From Candidatus Magasanikbacteria bacterium CG11_big_fil_rev_8_21_14_0_20_39_34 (GTDB lineage: Bacteria; Patescibacteriota; Patescibacteriia; Magasanikbacterales; UBA922): a DNA stretch of 64,000 nt. The first letter of the stretch is position 1, and every line of letters begins with the position of its first letter. Shown piece after piece: positions 56,961 through 64,000 of this stretch. The position numbers and the translations under genes are program-made. The stretch is from NCBI GenBank assembly GCA_002787355.1, contig PCWN01000007.1, forward strand, positions 184,996 through 248,995, given 5' to 3'. The notes under the pieces were generated by a model. That model did not search any database, was not told the DNA's origin, and was given only the letters and a program-made list of their open reading frames with translations.

Positions 56961-57926
56961 TCACCTCCAATAGATATTAGGAGGAAAACGGAGGTCAATA
57001 TACTGGATATGTAAAAGGTCTAATTTTTTCTTTTCCACAACCGTATTGAGATCTTCAATCTGTCTATCTATTGGGTCGTGCAAGCTTACCATAAGCTTGG
57101 GTCCTTTTTTGGTAAATATAGTGAGATCCCGATACTCATCTTCAAGTAAAAAATAAGCCGGTGACAAATCCTGTGAAGTTTTGAGCATCTCAAACCATTG
57201 AATAAGTGCTTGAATGGTTTTTTCTTTTAAAAGTGTTCTCTCAGATTCACTTTCATGATTTTTTGCACCTCGAATATCGTAGACTATAGGATAATCTCCA
57301 TAAGATCCAGAAAGTCCAATGTAGTCTACAATATGGTTTTTCCCAACTTCTGTTTTATGTTCCTGAATCTCACCCGTGCTGAGTGTTGAAGTGGTAATTG
57401 AATATTCCTTCTTCCACTCATCATCTGTTACTTTCCGTAGCGTTTCAACTTTATTTCCGTACAAATCAAGATAGGCATATTCCAAACCATCATCATAGAT
57501 GACATTTGATATCCTTTCTTCCACTTCCAAAGAAAGGGTTTGTGGAAAGCTCTTCTCTACTTTAATACGTTTAATGGGATATTTTTCTTTCAAAAAATCT
57601 ACAATCTCCTGTGTATTTACCAGAATATAGCTTTCTCCAGGAAGAAAAATGAATTTTTTGAAATGTAAAATAGTATGAACAGAGTCTTCAAAGGCGAGCT
57701 GATCAATACGATTCAATCCTGTAACATCAATTTTTTGAATATGAAAAAATGTATGAAAAAACAGGAAGTATAACATTACTACAAAGGAGAGAAAAATGGT
57801 CATCCAATAAAGCTTTATTTTTAAAGACAAACCAGTATTCTCTGTTACAGAAAAAGGGTTCCGCTTTTTTACCCAAGCAAAATCCTTCCCTTTTCTTTGG
57901 GATGTGTACAAAAAAGGTTTTTTCAT
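56961..57926 (-). CDS. FtsQ/DivIB-like cell-division protein (TM anchor plus POTRA domain).
   Basis: A single TM is followed by 'IQKIDVTGLNRIDQLAFEDSV', which resembles the POTRA domain of FtsQ. Confidence 0.5.
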   Translation of the reverse strand: MKKPFLYTSQRKGKDFAWVKKRNPFSVTENTGLSLKIKLYWMTIFLSFVVMLYFLFFHTFFHIQKIDVTGLNRIDQLAFEDSVHTILHFKKFIFLPGESYILVNTQEIVDFLKEKYPIKRIKVEKSFPQTLSLEVEERISNVIYDDGLEYAYLDLYGNKVETLRKVTDDEWKKEYSITTSTLSTGEIQEHKTEVGKNHIVDYIGLSGSYGDYPIVYDIRGAKNHESESERTLLKEKTIQALIQWFEMLKTSQDLSPAYFLLEDEYRDLTIFTKKGPKLMVSLHDPIDRQIEDLNTVVEKKKLDLLHIQYIDLRFPPNIYWR

Positions 57927-57935
57927 GCCAAATAA

Positions 57936-59192
57936 TTAGGAAATGGTATCTTTCCCAAAATAAGGTTGTAAAGCCTTTGGAATCGCAATAGAACCGTCTT
58001 CTCGTTGATGGTTTTCAATGAGTGCAATGGGAAAACGAGATAAAACGACCGCTGTACCATTGAGTGTATGCACAAATTCGGACTTACCATCAGAATTTAT
58101 GTATCGAATATTTAATCTTCTTGCCTGATAGTCTGTACAGTTACTGGTGCTGGTAATCTCTGCATAGTCGCCAGATGAATTTTCATCACCCTTCATAGTC
58201 ATATAAGCTTCAATATCAAATTTTCTATATGCAGGTCCTCCCAGATCTCCAGTTGGAATATCGATAACCCGATAAGGAATTTTCAATCCATCACAAATAG
58301 CCTTTTCAATCTCAAGTAGCTCATTATGAAGTTTTTCACTTTCTTCCGGCTTACAAAATACAAACATCTCTAATTTTGAAAACTGATGAACACGGTAAAG
58401 GCCCTTGCTTTCTCTTCCATAGGCTCCTGCTTCTGTACGAAAACAATGTGAAAGGGCAACATACTTTTTGGGTCCATTGGAAAGATCCAAAATTTCATCC
58501 ATGTGATATCCTCCAATAGTAATCTCAGCAGTTCCAATTAAACTGAGGTCTGTATTTTCAATGTTATAAATTTGTGTTTCATCCCCACGCGGGTTGAAGC
58601 CTGCGCCTTCCAGTACACTTTGCTTGGCAAGATCTGGAGTTTCCATGATGGTATAACCATACTTTTCTACTATATCCATTCCATACTGGATCAGAGCAAG
58701 ATTCAGTCGTACCAAATCCCCCTTTGAATAGTAAAATTTTGATCCTACTACCTTCGCTCCCCTATCAAAGTCAACCAAGTCCTTTTCTAAAAGAATCTGG
58801 TCATGACTTTTTGGTTGAAAAGAAAATGTTTGTGGTGCATGATGAGTCTCAAGTACAACAAAATCTTCCTCTCCACCAATCGGAGTATCCGGATGGGTCA
58901 TATTTGGGATTTGCTGGAGAAGTGCCTTGTATCGTTCCTGTATACCCTCAAACTCCTGTTCCATTGATTTGATTTGCTCCTTTGTATACTTATTTTGTTC
59001 AATAACTTCCGGAGTTGGTTTCTGTTTTGAATTGGCATTAAGAGTAGCACGTAGAGTGTCCAGTTCTGTTTGAATACCTCTTCTTTTTTCATCTACTTCA
59101 AGAAGTTCATCTACAGAAACCTTCACTCCCCTATTCAGGCAATTTTTCTTTATAGCATCTATATTTTCTCGAATAAATTTGATATCTAGCAT
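57936..59192 (-). CDS. serS: Serine--tRNA ligase.
   Basis: N-terminal coiled coil and class II motifs ('FRTEAGAYGRESKGLYRVHQF', 'GTAVV..R'). Confidence 0.95.
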   Translation of the reverse strand: MLDIKFIRENIDAIKKNCLNRGVKVSVDELLEVDEKRRGIQTELDTLRATLNANSKQKPTPEVIEQNKYTKEQIKSMEQEFEGIQERYKALLQQIPNMTHPDTPIGGEEDFVVLETHHAPQTFSFQPKSHDQILLEKDLVDFDRGAKVVGSKFYYSKGDLVRLNLALIQYGMDIVEKYGYTIMETPDLAKQSVLEGAGFNPRGDETQIYNIENTDLSLIGTAEITIGGYHMDEILDLSNGPKKYVALSHCFRTEAGAYGRESKGLYRVHQFSKLEMFVFCKPEESEKLHNELLEIEKAICDGLKIPYRVIDIPTGDLGGPAYRKFDIEAYMTMKGDENSSGDYAEITSTSNCTDYQARRLNIRYINSDGKSEFVHTLNGTAVVLSRFPIALIENHQREDGSIAIPKALQPYFGKDTIS

Positions 59193-59207
59193 AAAATTTG
59201 TATTAAT

Positions 59208-60083
59208 TTACAAACCATATTTTTCTATAACTTGTTTGAGTTCTTGAAACACCGTCTGAAACATGGCAAGATTTTCTGGGATGAGATCGTCCTTTTGGAG
59301 TACTTCATCCAAAGGAAAAAACCGCTTTTCTATAACTTCCCTATCTGAGTGATTTCCTTCTCCACCAATAATTTTTACCACGTGAGGAATAAGACAAACC
59401 TGGTAGTTCTTTTCTTTCTCCTCCATAATATTCACTCGGGAAAGTGGGGTGACAATTTCTACTATGTAGTCAACTTCTTCTTGTGTTTCTCGTATCACGC
59501 AATCAGCGAGATTTTCTCCTAATTGCAACTTTCCACCAGGAAGTTCCCATTTTTTATGAAAACGTGGATTTTCTGGATCATTACGCAGGGTCATGAGTAA
59601 CTCGCCATTTTTTATAACCAATGCAATCGGTACAATCATTTGTCGAAATGCGGGCTTTTGTTCCTCGCTTGGATGCATTTTCGATGATTTGTGTTGTCCT
59701 TCTTTGTATCTTTTTGCACGAACAACTTTTGTATTCAACTGAAATTCTTTTATCTTTTTTTCCAATTCCTCAGTAAAAAAGGTTTGGTCATAGCCCAACA
59801 GGATATACTCTGGACTATATTCACGGACAACCGTATAGACGTCATCCCTATCTCCTAAAATAGCTGTATCCACCAAAGAAAGACTTTGTATAAGCATAAG
59901 ACGTTCATCTTCTGTATGCATGGGAGGACGTTTTTTCAGATCCGTAACACGAGCATCACGACCAACTACAACAACCAACTCATCGGCCAGTTCTCTTGCT
60001 TGTTGCAAGAGAAAAACATGACCGGCATGAATCCCATCAAATGTACCAAAAACCATTACCCGCATATTATTTCCAGAGATCAA
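59208..60083 (-). CDS. Fusion protein: HxGH cytidylyltransferase-like nucleotidyltransferase (RibL/RibF-N/GCT-like) joined to a C-terminal NUDIX hydrolase.
   Basis: N-terminal 'VFGTFDGIHAGH...ELVVVVGRD'. C-terminal Nudix box 'GGKLQLGENLADCVIRETQEEVD'. Confidence 0.65.
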   Translation of the reverse strand: MISGNNMRVMVFGTFDGIHAGHVFLLQQARELADELVVVVGRDARVTDLKKRPPMHTEDERLMLIQSLSLVDTAILGDRDDVYTVVREYSPEYILLGYDQTFFTEELEKKIKEFQLNTKVVRAKRYKEGQHKSSKMHPSEEQKPAFRQMIVPIALVIKNGELLMTLRNDPENPRFHKKWELPGGKLQLGENLADCVIRETQEEVDYIVEIVTPLSRVNIMEEKEKNYQVCLIPHVVKIIGGEGNHSDREVIEKRFFPLDEVLQKDDLIPENLAMFQTVFQELKQVIEKYGL

Positions 60084-61974
60084 ATTTTTCAGTTACTTTT
60101 TGAACTGATTTCATTTCACCGTAGATCAGAATCCCTAAAAATTGTATTTCATCAAGATTCTTTTTACTTTGGAGTTCTTCAACTTTTTTATCGTTACTCG
60201 AGTCTCGCATTTCTTCAGTAAAACAGGTAACAAGAAATCCCCCATCTTCTGCTTGCTGTTTAAGAAGACGAAGATGCTCCCGCGAGTCTGTTTGCTTCAT
60301 TACAATGGCATGACGTATATTCATGGGGATGGCAACACCATCTTTTGTGTGCGATTCCGAAATTTCAAAGAGTTCTTTTCCACTTCTTGCTGCAAAAGAG
60401 GCACTCAAGTGTGCTGCAGTGTTTAAAAGACTCCATTGTGGTTGTTGCCCATCGTTGAGAATAATGGCATGTGCAGCCATGGTTTTTGCTTTTTTCTCAG
60501 AAGAATCACGATGATCCTCAGGACGCATGAGTGGAAATAGTACACACTCACGAATAGGTTTATTTTCGAGAAAAGAAAAGAGACGCTCTGAAACTCCAAA
60601 TCCGGTAGTTGGGGGCATTCCATACTCAAGTGCTTCTACGAAGTCTGCATCATGCATTTGTGCCTCTGTATCCCCTGCTTCGCGCATTTTAGCCTGCTCC
60701 AGGAATCTTCCCGCTTGATCAATTGGATCATTCAATTCCGAATAACCATTCCCAATTTCTGATCCTGCAATAATAACCTGGTACCGTTCTGTAAGTTTTG
60801 GATTCTCCTTTTGTCTTTTTGCAAGTGGAGAGACTTCCACGGGAAGATTTACCAAAAAGACTGGACCTTGAATTTTTTTTCTACAAAATTTCCAAAGGCT
60901 ATCAATAAGTCTTCCTTTTCCCGCAAATTCCTCAAAACTTTGAGAAAGCTCACGAAGTTTATCTTTTAGTTCATCTTCTGTAGCCTCTAAAATATCTACT
61001 CCGGTATATTCAAGAATAGTGTCTCTGTAGTCTATGTGCTTCCATTCTCCGGAGAGGTCAATGTTTTTAAACTCACCAATTTGTTCAAATTGTAATGTTC
61101 CAAATGCGGAAGAAATAGTGTGCTTATATAGACGTTCTACCAGATCCATTCCTTTTTTATAATCTGAATATGCCCAATAAAATTCCATCTGTGTGTAATC
61201 TTGAAGGTGTTCCCGGCTCATTCCTTCATTGCGAAATTGACGACCAATTTCAAAAGTTTTTTCAAATCCACCTACCATGAGACGTTTTTGCCACAATTCC
61301 CCCATAGAGATTCGCAAATAGACATCAATATCCAAAGCATTATGATGGGTAATAAATGGGGTGGCATCTGCACCTCCGGGGGTGGTTTCAAGTACCGGGG
61401 TTTCAACTTCAAGGAATCCTTCTTGTATCAAAAATTCACGCATTGACTGCCAAAAACGTGCTTTTCTGGTAAACATATCACGAAGTTCTGGATGTGAAAG
61501 AAGATCGAGATAACGTTTTCGAAGTCGTGTCTCCTCATCCTGTAGTCCATAAAATTTGTCCGGAAGTGGTCTTAAAGATTTGGTAAGAAGAGTAAAGGAT
61601 ATAACTTTTATAGACTCTTCGCCCTTGTGGGTTACAAAACGCTCACCGGTAAAAGAAACGAAGTCCCCAATATCAATTTTTTTAGCAAAAATAGCATAGT
61701 TCTCAGGTCCTAAAATATCCTTTTGAAGGGCAATTTGAATTTTCCCTGTCATATCTTGAACATGAGAAAAAGTTATTTTCCCCATGTCTCTTTTTGCAAC
61801 CACTCGTCCGACTACCGTGACTTCACTCCCTTCTGAGGCTTCAAATGCAACTTGTACCGTTTGCTTGCGGTCTGCTTGAGCTGGATAAGGATTAATTCCG
61901 GCGTCCAAAAGATCATGCAACTTTCGCAGACGCACCTCTCTTTCATCATTGATATTTATTGGCTGTTCATTCAT
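60067..61974 (-). CDS. lysS: Lysine--tRNA ligase (class II) fused to a ~150-aa C-terminal Pth2/DUF2000-like domain.
   Basis: OB-fold anticodon-binding domain plus class II motifs through 'LFPLMRP'. The extension 'AAHAIILNDG...LLNTAAHLSASFAARSGKE...GILIYG' resembles the peptidyl-tRNA hydrolase 2 fold family. Confidence 0.85.
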   Translation of the reverse strand: MNEQPININDEREVRLRKLHDLLDAGINPYPAQADRKQTVQVAFEASEGSEVTVVGRVVAKRDMGKITFSHVQDMTGKIQIALQKDILGPENYAIFAKKIDIGDFVSFTGERFVTHKGEESIKVISFTLLTKSLRPLPDKFYGLQDEETRLRKRYLDLLSHPELRDMFTRKARFWQSMREFLIQEGFLEVETPVLETTPGGADATPFITHHNALDIDVYLRISMGELWQKRLMVGGFEKTFEIGRQFRNEGMSREHLQDYTQMEFYWAYSDYKKGMDLVERLYKHTISSAFGTLQFEQIGEFKNIDLSGEWKHIDYRDTILEYTGVDILEATEDELKDKLRELSQSFEEFAGKGRLIDSLWKFCRKKIQGPVFLVNLPVEVSPLAKRQKENPKLTERYQVIIAGSEIGNGYSELNDPIDQAGRFLEQAKMREAGDTEAQMHDADFVEALEYGMPPTTGFGVSERLFSFLENKPIRECVLFPLMRPEDHRDSSEKKAKTMAAHAIILNDGQQPQWSLLNTAAHLSASFAARSGKELFEISESHTKDGVAIPMNIRHAIVMKQTDSREHLRLLKQQAEDGGFLVTCFTEEMRDSSNDKKVEELQSKKNLDEIQFLGILIYGEMKSVQKVTEKFDLWK

Positions 61975-62052
61975 AAAAAAGGTTTAGAAATATACCTTAC
62001 TATAGCAAAAAAGGCTAAAGGAATCAAATCCCTCTATTTGGGATTCCATGGC

Positions 62053-62511
62053 TTAGAGGATATTAAGAACCTCATAGGTAATTACTCCCACAGGTACCTG
62101 AACTTCCACAATATCCCCCTTCTTTTTTCCAAGAAAAGCTTCTCCGAGTGGTGATTCATTTGAGATCTTTCCGGCTGCTGGATCTGCCTCTTGAGCGCCT
62201 ACAATAGTAAATTTCATGTTTTTCCCATTGAAGAGAACCTCTATAGTTGATCCAAGAGCTACCTTATCAGATGAAGTCTTATGAATGATTTTCGCTTGTA
62301 AAAGAATTTGTTCAAGCTCCATTACTCTTCCATTTGCCCATCCCATCTCTTCTCGAGCAGCATGATATTCAGCATTTTCGGATAGATCACCCATTTGGCG
62401 TGCTTCATCAATTCTTTTGGCTAAATTGGGAAGTTTTTCCTCACGTAAAACCTGAAGCTCATGTTGAAGTTCATCAAATTTTTCCTGAGTCAGAAATTGT
62501 TCATCTGTCAT
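62053..62511 (-). CDS. greA: Transcription elongation factor GreA (second paralog).
   Basis: 'QEKFDELQHELQVLR...GDLSENAEY' and C-terminal 'SPLGEAFLGKKKGDIVEV'. Confidence 0.85.
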   Translation of the reverse strand: MTDEQFLTQEKFDELQHELQVLREEKLPNLAKRIDEARQMGDLSENAEYHAAREEMGWANGRVMELEQILLQAKIIHKTSSDKVALGSTIEVLFNGKNMKFTIVGAQEADPAAGKISNESPLGEAFLGKKKGDIVEVQVPVGVITYEVLNIL

Positions 62512-62539
62512 AGTATTTCAATTAAGAACAAAAAACCGC

Positions 62540-62562
62540 TTCATGCGGATTGCAATTTTAAG
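62540..62562 (-). terminator. Small hairpin plus T-run downstream of the PBP gene.
   Basis: On the minus strand: CCGCATGAAGCGG followed by TTTTTTG. Confidence 0.4.
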
Positions 62563-62597
62563 TATAAACACAACTGAAAGGAAAGTCAAATAAAGCC

Positions 62598-64000
62598 CTA
62601 TGACCCAGAATTTTTCTGATAGTTCCACCACCATGCATAAAAATCATAGGCAATTGGTGCTGCTATTTGACTTCCTTCTCCCCCTTCTTCTATAAGAATA
62701 GTCACTACAATTTTCGGAGAATCATATGGGGCAAAGGAAGTAAACCAAGCATGGTTTTCTTTTGTATTATTCCACTGTGCGGTTCCCGTTTTTGCGCCTA
62801 CACTGAAAGGAAGGGTACTGAGTCGTCTACAGGACCCCAATAGGACACAGTCCCGCATACCAAGTTTTACATGATTGAGGTTTGCAACACTTACGGGCAC
62901 TTTTTCAAATGTTGGTGTGTGCGGAAGGATAGCTTCACTTGTGGTTGGAGATATGAGTGAAGAAAAAATTGTAGGTTGAAAAAGTTTTCCCCCATTTACA
63001 ATTGAAGCAGTCGCATTACAAATCTGAAGTGGAGTAACCAAGAGATCCCCTTGTCCAATAGAAAGGTTATAGGTATCTCCAATATACCAAACTTCTCCCT
63101 TTTTCTCTTCTTTCCACTCTTTTGAAGGTAAAAATCCCGTTGCCTCACTCGGCAGATCTATTCCCGTTTTTTTTGAAAAACCAAATTGACTTAAATAACT
63201 GGCGATTTTTTCTACCCCCAATCCTACAAAGTCGCTATACCCTCCACCGATTATGTAAAAAAATGTATTTACAGAATTTGCAAGTGCAAGACGCAAATTA
63301 ACTCGACCATGGCCTCCGGCCTTCCAGTCAGGAAAAAACCACTTATTGACCTGAATTCCTCCTGTACTTAGGAAGGTGGTATTTGGGGTAATGATCCCCT
63401 CTTGAAGTGCTGATGCTCCAATAACGGTTTTAATAACCGATCCTGATGGGTAAGTACCTGAGATAGACCTGTTAAATAAAGGATTGTCTGGGTTAGAAAT
63501 GTAACCTTGGTATTTTTCTTGAGAAATTCCACCTGAAAAGTCATTGTTATCATAGGAAGGTAAGCTTACCATGGCTAAAATTTGACCAGAACTTGGATCC
63601 ATAACAATCCCGGAAGCTTTAGTTTTGCGTTCTATTTGCATATGCTCCTGAATGATTCGCTCCAAAGCATTTTGCATATTGAGATCAATACTCAGTTGAA
63701 TATGCTGTCCAGGTTGTGGAGGTGTCTCAGAAAGGCTCAAACGTTCATGTCCGGTTGCATCAATTTCTATAACCTTTTTTCCATACATACCACGCAAAAG
63801 ATTTTCATATTCTTGTTCAACACCTGTTTTTCCAATCAGGTCGGACGGCAGATACCCAACTTCATGAAGACCAGTGTGATCCGCATCACCAGAGAGCTCT
63901 TTCTGACTAATTTTTCCTTCATAACCTAAAATATGAGCAAGTGAATGGGCAGAAGATGTAGGATAGGTATAAAAACGCTTACTTCCGGATTGAACTTGCA
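62598..64000 (-). CDS. Penicillin-binding protein 2-type transpeptidase (MrdA/FtsI class), 5'-partial.
   Basis: The frame stays open to the window edge through 'AHILGYEG' and 'GKTGVEQEYE' (PBP2 dimerisation-domain motifs). The transpeptidase domain has SxxK 'SVIK', 'SVN' and 'KTG'. Confidence 0.85.
   Translation of the reverse strand, partial: QVQSGSKRFYTYPTSSAHSLAHILGYEGKISQKELSGDADHTGLHEVGYLPSDLIGKTGVEQEYENLLRGMYGKKVIEIDATGHERLSLSETPPQPGQHIQLSIDLNMQNALERIIQEHMQIERKTKASGIVMDPSSGQILAMVSLPSYDNNDFSGGISQEKYQGYISNPDNPLFNRSISGTYPSGSVIKTVIGASALQEGIITPNTTFLSTGGIQVNKWFFPDWKAGGHGRVNLRLALANSVNTFFYIIGGGYSDFVGLGVEKIASYLSQFGFSKKTGIDLPSEATGFLPSKEWKEEKKGEVWYIGDTYNLSIGQGDLLVTPLQICNATASIVNGGKLFQPTIFSSLISPTTSEAILPHTPTFEKVPVSVANLNHVKLGMRDCVLLGSCRRLSTLPFSVGAKTGTAQWNNTKENHAWFTSFAPYDSPKIVVTILIEEGGEGSQIAAPIAYDFYAWWWNYQKNSGS

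Noticed and set aside
1-64000. CRISPR arrays, transposases, integrases, phage structural genes and toxin-antitoxin pairs.
   Set aside because: A scan of all ORFs and intergenic regions showed none. No direct-repeat/spacer periodicity was seen. No DDE or tyrosine-recombinase motifs were found in any ORF. The GC-rich islands therefore have no visible mobility gene in this window.

Overview
The window is a low-GC (about 35%) bacterial chromosomal segment, densely packed on both strands with housekeeping genes. Truncated RpoA and AlaRS, frequent gene fusions and weak Shine-Dalgarno usage suggest a small-genome lineage such as Patescibacteria/CPR, but that is inference only. Main blocks, in order: a partial surface protein with CBM-like repeats, then DUF2164 and greA, then a copper/redox cluster (Met-rich cupredoxin lipoprotein, DUF2231, His-rich membrane protein, CcdA, YceI). 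Next come an M23 peptidase, an HlyD-RND efflux pair, a PEP-utilizer His-domain protein, a frameshifted IMPase, Nudix, dnaG-rpoD, SOD-peroxiredoxin, an orphan T4CP-like ATPase, an O-antigen-ligase/TPR protein, HD hydrolase, mnmA, alaS and gtrA. A ribosomal operon follows (infA-rpmJ-rpsM-rpsK-rpsD-rpoA-rplQ, rplM-rpsI), then Wzx-GT4-GT2 and a divergent FNR-like reductase. An Rrf2-regulated Fe-S assembly operon comes next (iscS-sufB-sufD-sufS-sufU-sufC-sufT-fdx-fdx), followed by clpB with a CIRCE-like operator, then tagA, trmH, gltX, a DHH phosphoesterase, an EnvC-like M23 protein, era, rplI and pyrG. The final stretch holds DsbA-like, FtsQ-like, serS, an NTase-Nudix fusion, lysS fused to a Pth2-like domain, a second greA and a partial PBP2. 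I found no CRISPR array, transposase, integrase, rRNA or convincing tRNA. The strongest anomalies are two sharply bounded GC-rich islands (about 57-58% GC, 1975-2340 and 55338-55700), each filled by one small ORF with GC-rich codon usage and similar flanking motifs. The second is followed by an unusual 350-bp ORF-free AT-rich tract. Several regulatory sites (sigma-70-like promoters, intrinsic terminators, a CIRCE-like operator, a candidate Rrf2 operator) are readable directly from the sequence.
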